From an uncultured Bacillota bacterium (GTDB lineage Bacteria > Bacillota > Clostridia > Christensenellales > UBA1242): 64,000 nt of DNA. The position numbers and the translations under genes were made by a program. This document shows positions 38,777 to 45,549 of the stretch, one piece after another; within the stretch, counting starts at the first letter, position 1; every line of letters begins with the position of its first letter. The notes beneath the pieces were generated by a model, which did no database searches, was not told the origin of the DNA, and saw only the letters and a list, made by a program, of their open reading frames with translations. The stretch is from contig UQVQ01000002.1 in assembly GCA_900544595.1 (NCBI GenBank), positions 8,756-72,755 of the forward strand. The letters are read 5' to 3'.

Positions 38777-39075
38777 AGTAGTTCCTCCTGCTAAATCCTT
38801 ATATTACATATAGAATTAAAATATTAACATAACTATATAGCACCAAAAAAATTTTTTTGCAAGAAGTTTTTTAATTTTTTATGCTATTTTCATAATAACT
38901 TTAATTATATTTCCAAAAAAAATAATCACATTTAATGTCAATTATTAAAAAGCGAAAATAACACTTTTTATTTGCAAAAAATATTGTTTTCCATAAAAAA
39001 TTTTTAAAAAATATTTTATAACGAATTTAAAATATGCAAGTTATTTTAAAAAGTTTCCATCTTTGTTTTTTAACA

Positions 39076-39104
39076 TTGAAAAACTGCAAGTTTTGTGATA
39101 TAAT
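39076..39104 (+). promoter_or_regulatory. promoter giving a probable leaderless mRNA for the HAD gene
   Basis: TTGAAA, a 17-nt spacer, then TGaTATAAT. The ATG follows 7 nt later and has no SD. Confidence 0.6.
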
Positions 39105-39111
39105 ATAAATT

Positions 39112-39768
39112 ATGGAAACAAAAGTTGTTATTTTCGATTTTGACGGAACGCTTAGTTCAAGCGACGGCTCTTGCAGCTGGGCGCGTGTTTGGAAAGCGCT
39201 TGACGACATTGAAACAGATAAAAAGTTTTATCATATGTTTGCTTCGGGCGAAATTGACGACGCAACTTGGCTTAAACTTATTGAAGAAAGATTCCGTGAA
39301 CTTAACCTTCGAAAATCGCTTTGCTCATCTCTTGCAAACGAAATTAAACTTATCCCAGGAATCAATGAAACTTTCAGTCTTTTAAACCAAAACAATGTTA
39401 AGATTTATGTTCTTTCGGGCGGGGTCCGAAACCTAATTGAAATTGCGCTTGCCCCATTTGAAAAACATATAACAAGAATTGAAGGCTATCAATTTGTTTT
39501 TGACGGCGAAAATTTCTTAAAAATTGAGAAAGCGAACGAACCTTTTGACGATAAACACAAATATGTTGACCAAATTAAAAAAGAAAATGACGTTTCGGGC
39601 AACGAAATTCTTTTTGTTGGGAACGGCGCAAATGACCAAACAGTTTATTTAACTGGCGCGCGAACTCTTTGCATAAATCCCGACGACGCGGATTACACAA
39701 ATAAAAAATATTGGAATAATTACATTAAAAATTGCAAAAATTTAACCGAAATAATTAAATTTTTATAA
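39112..39768 (+). CDS. HAD-superfamily hydrolase (phosphoserine-phosphatase-like subfamily)
   Basis: Motif I VVIFDFDGTL, LSGG, and GNGANDQ (motif IV region). Confidence 0.85.
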   Translation: METKVVIFDFDGTLSSSDGSCSWARVWKALDDIETDKKFYHMFASGEIDDATWLKLIEERFRELNLRKSLCSSLANEIKLIPGINETFSLLNQNNVKIYVLSGGVRNLIEIALAPFEKHITRIEGYQFVFDGENFLKIEKANEPFDDKHKYVDQIKKENDVSGNEILFVGNGANDQTVYLTGARTLCINPDDADYTNKKYWNNYIKNCKNLTEIIKFL

Positions 39769-40106
39769 AAAATGACAATAATTTAATAAAAATAATTAAA
39801 TACCGATAAAAATTGGCAAATTTTTGCTATTTTTTATTTTTTTATTTATTTTTTAGTATTTTTAAATTATTTTTTATTTTATTCTAATTTAAAATCTCTA
39901 ACTCTTCATCTGGAGTCTGTTAGTCACTTAACAGGTTTGTCTTTTGTTTTTTTATTTTAAAAAGTATTTTCTATATTTAATTTTCTTCGCACAGCAAAGC
40001 CCCATCAATTTAATTAAAATGTTTTTTAGACGACAATATGAACGCTTCGCCTTAACAAAATGCTTTAAATTATATTAAAAAAATTATTAAATAACGAAAA
40101 TTGGAT

Positions 40107-40134
40107 TTGAAATTTCAGTTTTTTGGTGTAATAT
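40107..40134 (+). promoter_or_regulatory. promoter giving a probable leaderless mRNA for the GNAT gene
   Basis: TTGAAA, a 16-nt spacer, then TAATAT preceded by TG. The ATG at 40142 is 7 nt downstream and has no SD. Confidence 0.5.
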
Positions 40135-40141
40135 ATACGCA

Positions 40142-40642
40142 ATGAAAATTTCATGGAAAAAAGTTGATAAAAACGACCAAATTTTAATTGAAAGTTGGAT
40201 GTCAAACATCGACCGACATAATCTTTGCATGGAGAAACAAGATTGGGCAACAACCGCTCGCGGCATAAACGAATGTTTGAAAGATATGAAAAACGGAGAA
40301 TTTTTTGAACTTCTGGGCTTTGTTGGCTCAAAACCCGCTGTTGCAATGATGCTTGGAATTGAAGAATCTGGCAATGCGCTTAATCTATATAACATTATCC
40401 TTAACCCTCTTTTTCGCGGGCAAGGAATTGGAAGCCAAGCAATTGCCGAAGTTTTTGGAAATGACAATGCCATGATTCTTAAAAAAACATATTCGCAAAT
40501 AAAAGTTTACACACTGCCCGAAAATCAAGCAATGAAAAAAATTCTTCTTTCGCAAGGTTTTTCAGCCCCAACCCAAGACGGCGATTTTCTATTCTACAAA
40601 AAAGACCTAACCAAAAACAACATAAACGAACAAGGCAAATAA
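40142..40642 (+). CDS. GNAT-family N-acetyltransferase
   Basis: Acetyl-CoA motif A: LNPLFRGQGIGSQAI. Confidence 0.8.
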   Translation: MKISWKKVDKNDQILIESWMSNIDRHNLCMEKQDWATTARGINECLKDMKNGEFFELLGFVGSKPAVAMMLGIEESGNALNLYNIILNPLFRGQGIGSQAIAEVFGNDNAMILKKTYSQIKVYTLPENQAMKKILLSQGFSAPTQDGDFLFYKKDLTKNNINEQGK

Positions 40643-40657
40643 CTCGCCTTGTTTTTT
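40631..40657 (+). terminator. intrinsic terminator of the GNAT gene
   Basis: CAAGGC-aaataactc-GCCTTG followed by T6. Confidence 0.7.
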
Positions 40658-40854
40658 ATTCCCACGCTTTGCGTAAGAAACTGCTTCTTAATCCTGCGCG
40701 TCTTAACTTCAAGGCTTAATCCATTTTTGCTTCATTCGCCCGCAAAAAATGCTTAAAAGATTGTTATGCCTTTCAAGTTTTCCTTACTCTTTAATTACGC
40801 AAAAAAATTGTATTCCCCATTTCAAACAAGCAATTTCCTCTAAACGCAAAAAAA

Positions 40855-40883
40855 TTGACTATGAAAATTTTTAGTGTTAAAAT
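40855..40883 (+). promoter_or_regulatory. promoter upstream of the S51 peptidase gene
   Basis: TTGACT, a 17-nt spacer, then TGtTAAAAT. The leader before the AAGGAG SD is about 155 nt. Confidence 0.55.
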
Positions 40884-41046
40884 ATTTTTATATAAGAAAA
40901 TCTCTTTTGTCCACGGTCTTTTGGCTTAGCAAAGAACAATATTTTTATGTTTTAAAATTGGCAAAAACCACATTTCCAAATCAAAAAATTTCACAATTAC
41001 AAGTGTTAACCCTTAAAAAATAATCAAAATTTTAAAAGGAGAACCA

Positions 41047-41820
41047 ATGAAACTCATTTTAACAAGTTGCATGGATTTATATTATAAAGATGAAGACGGC
41101 AAAAGAATTGCACAAAATTTTGGCAACAAAAATGGAATTTTGGATTTGATTAAAAAATTAACGCCAAAACAAGAAAATTTTGTTTTTGTTGCAAGCGACG
41201 AATTTAATTTTGACGTAACGGATATTTACGCAAACGCCACTTTTGATTCTTTTAAAATCACATATCCTTTTAAAAATTACTTTATTTTAGACGGCAGGAC
41301 AGAAGAAAAGACAAAGGAATTTATTGAAAAGGCCGATTTAATTTTCTTGTGTGGCGGCCATGTTCCAACGCAAAATCAATTTTTCAAAAAGATTAATTTA
41401 AGAGAAATAATTAAAAACTCTCATGCGTTAATTATTGGTCAAAGCGCCGGCTCAATGAACTCCGCCGAAATTGTATATTCCCAACCTGAGCTCGAAGGAG
41501 AATCCATCAATCTACTCTTTAAAAGATACATCAAAGGCTTAGGGTTAACCAACATAAGCATTCTCCCCCACTTTGAGGAGCGCATAAACGATGTGCTCGA
41601 CGGCAAAAACGTTTTAAAAGAAATTTCAATCCCCGACAGCATGGTTCGCCCATTCATTGCCTACTCTGACGGAGCTTACATTTTCGATAATGGAACATCT
41701 CAATGTATTTACGGAAAAGCATATTTGTTTGAAAATGGAAACTATCATCAAATTTCCAAAGACGATTCCGTAACCGACATCACAGCCTTAACCAAAGAAA
41801 AATTTTCCAGTAATAGTTAA
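41047..41820 (+). CDS. peptidase S51 (dipeptidase E-like) family protein
   Basis: FLCGGHV...IIGQSAGSMNSA (nucleophile Ser context) and ILPHFEE (His). Confidence 0.75.
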   Translation: MKLILTSCMDLYYKDEDGKRIAQNFGNKNGILDLIKKLTPKQENFVFVASDEFNFDVTDIYANATFDSFKITYPFKNYFILDGRTEEKTKEFIEKADLIFLCGGHVPTQNQFFKKINLREIIKNSHALIIGQSAGSMNSAEIVYSQPELEGESINLLFKRYIKGLGLTNISILPHFEERINDVLDGKNVLKEISIPDSMVRPFIAYSDGAYIFDNGTSQCIYGKAYLFENGNYHQISKDDSVTDITALTKEKFSSNS

Positions 41821-41830
41821 AGGAAGAAAA

Positions 41831-42394
41831 ATGACTTTTAAAGAAATAGAAACTCCAGAGCAACTAATGAAATATTTAGACCAAAACTTTAAATATGGCG
41901 TTATAGATAAAAAAGGGAACAAATATTATAACAGCAACACCGCTGAATTCCAGCGTATTTGCGAAACACAATGGGAATTGCGTCCGGTTGAAGCAATGTT
42001 GAAAGATGGTGTTGGACATTGTTACGACCAAGTTGAAATTGAAAGAGAATGGTTTAGCAAAAATGGATATAATGTAAAAACATTTTGGATTTCTGCTTAT
42101 CAAGACGGAATTCAAAACTCGGGTTTTTGCCACACATATTTGATGTATCAAGATAATGACACATGAAAAATTTTTGAGCATTCAGATTTTTCAAATAAAG
42201 GCATTTTCACATTTAAAAGCATTAGCGACGCTGTAAAATGGCAAGCCAAACATCAAATTAAATTTGCTGAAAGTTGTATTAAACCTTTAAAAGAATATGT
42301 AACTTGCATAAAAGAATATAACAAACCTCCAACATATGTAAATATGCAAGAATTTTCACAATTTATTGATAAATCAAAAGATTATGTGATATAA
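41831..42394 (+). pseudogene. 187-codon gene interrupted by one in-frame TGA (42164-42166); putative Cys/His peptidase-like protein
   Basis: The 111-aa ORF ends ...YLMYQDNDT-TGA. The same frame then continues for 75 sense codons (KIFEHSDFSNKGIFTFKSISDAVKWQAKHQIKF...DYVI) to a TAA at 42392. Reading the stop as W gives a natural DTWKIFEH. Confidence 0.7.
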
Positions 42395-42411
42395 TTGCAA
42401 TATTCAAACAT

Positions 42412-42488
42412 GCAGCCGTAGCTCAGCTGGATAGAGCAATCGCCTCCTAAGCGATAGGTCGGAAGTTCGAATCTTCTCGGTTGCACCA
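42412..42488 (+). tRNA. tRNA-Arg (anticodon CCT), CCA-encoded
   Basis: Manual cloverleaf. Acceptor GCAGCCG/CGGTTGC, D arm GCTC-AGCTGGATA-GAGC, anticodon arm ATCGC-CTCCTAA-GCGAT, T arm GGAAG-TTCGAAT-CTTCT, then ACCA. Confidence 0.9.
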
Positions 42489-42531
42489 ATTTAAAAAGAA
42501 AAAGACGGCTTTAATTAGTCGTCTTTTTGTG

Positions 42532-43206
42532 TTATTCTTCTAAACCAGTATATTTTATTGCTTCATCTATTTTTTCCATTAACATTGACGCAAAAATAAG
42601 TCTTTTGTATGCTTGTTCTTTAGAAAGATATGTGTTTGCATGAGCTTTTGGATTTCTAATCCCTTTCCAAGTACCCATAAACAAAAACTTATATCCTTCT
42701 TGTTCGTCTTTTCCTGAGATTGTTGACATATCATTCACTTTTAATAATGCCTTTGTTTCATCGCTATTAAATACGAGAGCAAACAAGTCTGAGCCATCTT
42801 TTTCTTCACGTTTATACTTTTTATAAAGTTTTTTTAGCCTATCATTTATTTCTTTTATTGCAGATTCGACCGCATCAGAGTAATGTCCATCTTGATACTT
42901 TTTTAAGGATACTTTTATGACCAGTTCATGCAAATGATCTATAATATCGTCTTTTATATCTTTTTTTATGCCATTAATTATAAGTTCGTTTTTTAGAGAT
43001 GCAAGAATCCCTATTAAATAAGGCATCTTTTCAAAGTCATAAATACTACTCTTATATACACTGCATAGATTTTTGTAAATATCGCTATTTTTTCCTGCAA
43101 TAGAAAGTGCTAAACCGTCAATTTCATAAATACATTCACTGTATTTACTAGAAGATGAGGAACAATATTTTATTAACTGTTCTAGTCTTGTTATAATTCT
43201 GTCCAT
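42532..43206 (-). CDS. TIGR02391 (Hypoth_Ymh)-like protein with an R-x4-H (HEPN-like) motif
   Basis: The C-terminal half (DGHYSDAVESAIKEINDRL...DEQEGYKFLFMGTWKGIRNPKAHAN) matches my memory of the TIGR02391 family signature. The N-terminal 100 aa or so are unrecognised. Confidence 0.75.
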   Translation of the reverse strand: MDRIITRLEQLIKYCSSSSSKYSECIYEIDGLALSIAGKNSDIYKNLCSVYKSSIYDFEKMPYLIGILASLKNELIINGIKKDIKDDIIDHLHELVIKVSLKKYQDGHYSDAVESAIKEINDRLKKLYKKYKREEKDGSDLFALVFNSDETKALLKVNDMSTISGKDEQEGYKFLFMGTWKGIRNPKAHANTYLSKEQAYKRLIFASMLMEKIDEAIKYTGLEE

Positions 43207-43355
43207 GTTTCCCTCCTATTTTTTCTTTGACTTAGTGCAGATGCAGCAACGCTTTTTGATTTACTGCTTGTTCTTCCATCTCTTAAGATAGAAGAGGCTT
43301 TAGAAGCAACTGATTTGGAAGTTCTTCTACAACTCGATTTACATGCCATTTCCAT
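43191..43355 (-). CDS. 54-aa basic Ser/Lys-rich protein, translationally coupled to the TIGR02391-like gene
   Basis: Not in the ORF track because it is under 60 aa. AGGAGG SD, then ATG at 43355. It reads MEMACKSSCRRTSKSVASKASSILRDGRTSSKSKSVAASALSQRKNRRETWTEL. Its last 16 nt overlap the downstream start. Confidence 0.55.
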   Translation of the reverse strand: MEMACKSSCRRTSKSVASKASSILRDGRTSSKSKSVAASALSQRKNRRETWTEL

Positions 43356-43386
43356 TTATCCTCCTTTTTCTGTGGTAATAAAAAAA

Positions 43387-43475
43387 ATCCTAATGACAAA
43401 AAAAATGGTTGACAATAGGAACAGAAAAAGTGTATAGTAATATTGTCAATATAAACACTCGTTCTGTTTCTATTG
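43387..43475. promoter_or_regulatory. back-to-back promoters with overlapping -35 boxes and nested operator-like dyads
   Basis: Plus strand: TTGACA (43409-14), an 18-nt spacer, TATAGT (43433-38). Minus strand: TTGTCA (43415-10), a 17-nt spacer, TAGGAT (43392-87). Dyads: TTGACAATA (43409-17) with TATTGTCAA (43441-49), and CAATAGGAACAGAA (43413-26) with TTCTGTTTCTATTG (43462-75). Confidence 0.5.
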
Positions 43476-43512
43476 TTCTTCGACTTTTAGTTGCCGCTAA
43501 AGGTCTTTTTTA
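43445..43512 (+). ncRNA. candidate terminated small RNA of about 70 nt
   Basis: It lies between the plus-strand promoter above and an intrinsic terminator (GACTTTTAG-ttgccg-CTAAAGGTC, 43482-43505, then T6). There is no ORF with an SD. Confidence 0.35.
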
Positions 43513-43854
43513 TTTCACATGGAGTGTAGTATAAACTCACATATAAGTCAAGCAAAAACACAACATATCGAACAAATGTGCAAAAAATTACAACATCTAA
43601 ATTTTCGGTTAATAAAAGTACTCTTTAAGAGCATTTTTTTATTCAAATATTTTATTTATCACTTCGCTTGTATGGATATCACTATTCTTTAGGAAATGGC
43701 TGTAGAAATCGCTGGTGATACCAGTGTATAAATACACCTAATCCCCTTTTACCTATTGGTATTTTTGACACTTTTTGAATTTTTAGATGTGACACCTTAT
43801 ATCTATATTTGGTTGTTACATATTAAGAGGAGATAACATTAACCCCCTCGAATT

Positions 43855-43886
43855 AATAAAAAGAACGGATTTTGTTCCGTTCTTTT
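43855..43886. terminator. terminator downstream of the hsdR remnant
   Basis: AAGAACGGA-ttttgt-TCCGTTCTT. Confidence 0.75.
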
Positions 43887-43891
43887 GAGTT

Positions 43892-44227
43892 TTATATAAT
43901 TCCAAAAAATTTTTCAAAAAATGCCAAAAGTTTTTCTATAATATTTTTCTTCTTAATTTCGCGATTTCCGCCACCGAATCTTGACATTGCAGGCATTATT
44001 TTATCTATATCCGTACCAGTCGTTTTCATATTTCCATCTCTAAATGAATAATCTACAAATTTTCTTGTTTCAGCAGCTTTCAAACCTTCTTGAGAAATTA
44101 TCTGTGCAAGTTCTTTTTCCTTTTGCTCTGCAACAAACTCATGCCATTCAATCATTATGTCATCAACATCATTAATTCCAGTTAAGGACGCTGTTATTAA
44201 AATTTTAGAGAATTTATAGCCATTAAG
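43892..44227 (-). pseudogene. hsdR: C-terminal remnant of a type I restriction enzyme R subunit (HsdR)
   Basis: The open frame LNGYKFSKILITASLTGINDVDDIMIEWHEFVAEQKEKELAQII...FRDGNMKTTGTDIDKIMPAMSRFGGGNREIKKKNIIEKLLAFFEKFFGII resembles the conserved HsdR C-terminal domain. The roughly 900 upstream codons are missing. Confidence 0.65.
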
Positions 44228-44369
44228 TTATATTTATCAAGCTTTCAATCAATAAAAAAACTTGGCAAAAAGACTAATAATTTTGAATTAGCAAAAAATT
44301 ACTTTTTACGATGTAGTCCCTATGGGGTTAACTTTAGTTATAGGTTAGATTTTTTGTTTACTAATTGTA

Positions 44370-45110
44370 TTAATTATTTAAGGCGAAATTTATTCTTATG
44401 TTTCTATTTTTTACAAATTCTAATTGATTATTGATCCAAATTATATATTCTTCAACACTTTTAGGAAATGGATTTTTTTCAAAACTTCCATCGCCCAACC
44501 AAAATTTAATACAAGAATAGTCGTCGCTAACTAAGTCTTGAAGATAGAAAAAGTCTACATAACCTTTAAAATCAACAAAAAGGTCAAAGAATTTCTTGTT
44601 TTTTAATAATGTGTTATATAATGGGGATTTTTCGTCTTTATAAAATTTTCTAATACATTCTAAAGTTAAATCAAATCTATCTCTAATATATGGATTACAC
44701 CCTCTTGTTTGATTAATACTACCTGACATTTTAGGGAAAATTATTGAACCACCAATTGTATATGACTTTCTAGTATATTCTTCCATAAATTCTTTATAAT
44801 TTGGTAAAAATCTCATTACTTGGTTTATCATATATTTATATTTTTCATACCTAAAACTCGCAATGATTGAGTCGCTGCCAAATCTAAAATCTTGCCAAGT
44901 TAAATAATTAGCACCATATCCTTCAATTAGGTTCATGATTTCACCATTTGGTAATTGCTTACTCCAAATAAGTTTATGATACTTTTTGAGCATTTTGCTT
45001 TCAGCATCGGGGTCTACAAAAACACAACCCATTTCATCATTCCAATAGGTTTCCCAAAAAAATGGGGTATCAGTCGTAAAATCAAAATTTATATCTAAAA
45101 TATTTTTCAT
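44370..45110 (-). CDS. orphan protein of unknown function (about 246 aa)
   Basis: Clean ORF. I prefer the ATG at 45110, which is 6 nt after TGtTACAAT, so the mRNA may be leaderless. The ORF-track TTG start is at 45131. I recognise no motif. Confidence 0.7.
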   Translation of the reverse strand: MKNILDINFDFTTDTPFFWETYWNDEMGCVFVDPDAESKMLKKYHKLIWSKQLPNGEIMNLIEGYGANYLTWQDFRFGSDSIIASFRYEKYKYMINQVMRFLPNYKEFMEEYTRKSYTIGGSIIFPKMSGSINQTRGCNPYIRDRFDLTLECIRKFYKDEKSPLYNTLLKNKKFFDLFVDFKGYVDFFYLQDLVSDDYSCIKFWLGDGSFEKNPFPKSVEEYIIWINNQLEFVKNRNIRINFALNN

Positions 45111-45197
45111 AATTTTATTGTAACATAACAAATCATATTCTGCATTGAAATTTTAAATATTTTAAAAAATACTTAAATAAAATCTAATAGTGGCATT

Positions 45198-45263
45198 TAA
45201 ACGTGGGCTTGTCTTGATACAAGTCGGTGTCGCTAACGCTCCACCGAAACAAGCACACGTTTA
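45198..45263. other. 66-nt three-way-junction-forming palindromic element
   Basis: P1 is TAAACGTG-G-GCTTGT pairing with ACAAGC-A-CACGTTTA. P2 is CTTG-ata-CAAG. P3 is TCGGTG-(12 nt)-CACCGA. The junction linkers are almost nil. Confidence 0.5.
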
Positions 45264-45288
45264 TAAACTAATTAAAGCAGACAAAAAG

Positions 45289-45326
45289 CGAAAGTGTTGG
45301 TAACACATAACACACTTTCGTTTTTT
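45289..45326 (+). terminator. intrinsic terminator following the three-way-junction element
   Basis: CGAAAGTGT...ACACTTTCG followed by T6. Confidence 0.7.
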
Positions 45327-45455
45327 GCTGTTTTTTTCTCTTTCTTATTATGGTAAACAAATATTCTTTGTTGTCAAGGTTAAAGTGTATGTCTTTATTT
45401 GCGACAATCCTTGGCAACGTCAGCAATATTTGTTTCTTTTTTCAGTTAAGAGAGT

Positions 45456-45489
45456 AAAAAAACACCTTAATCTTTTACAGATTAAAGTG
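45456..45489 (-). terminator. intrinsic terminator of the 467-aa gene
   Basis: Minus strand: CACTTTAATCT-gtaaa-AGATTAAGGTG followed by T7. Confidence 0.85.
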
Positions 45490-45549
45490 CTTATATTTTG
45501 CTAGTTTCAAACAGCATTGGCAAAACGCCAAGTTTTTTGTCTTTTATTT

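Noticed and set aside
39769-40141. 372-bp extremely AT-rich gap after the HAD gene as a possible hidden gene or RNA
   Set aside because: It contains only weak short hairpins and homopolymer-like A/T tracts. I could support no ORF, promoter-terminator pair or repeat.
42164-42166. Genome-wide UGA reassignment (code 4/25) or selenocysteine as the explanation for the in-frame TGA
   Set aside because: TGA clearly terminates other genes here (1057-1905; spoIIGA via ATGA; mraY). Conserved Trp positions use TGG, for example the EF-G MDWM motif. All long ORFs are intact under the standard code. There is no SECIS-like context, and the position looks like Trp rather than Cys.
43569-43581. LexA (Cheo) box-like CGAACAAATGTGC
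   Set aside because: Only one half-site matches CGAAC-N4-GTTCG. The second half (GTGC) is degenerate, and there is no gene start nearby.
43519-43692. 57-codon plus-strand ORF (MECSINSH...VLFKSIFLFKYFIYHFACMDITIL) as a type I toxin
   Set aside because: It has no SD and begins right after a terminator. The hydrophobic tail is suggestive, but there is no supporting antisense arrangement. The evidence is too weak to call.
45198-45263. Retron msr-msd, hammerhead ribozyme or tRNA-like identity for the three-way junction
   Set aside because: There is no reverse transcriptase gene nearby. The CUGAUGA/GAAA hammerhead core is absent. The element has three arms with a 14-bp outer stem, so it is not a cloverleaf.
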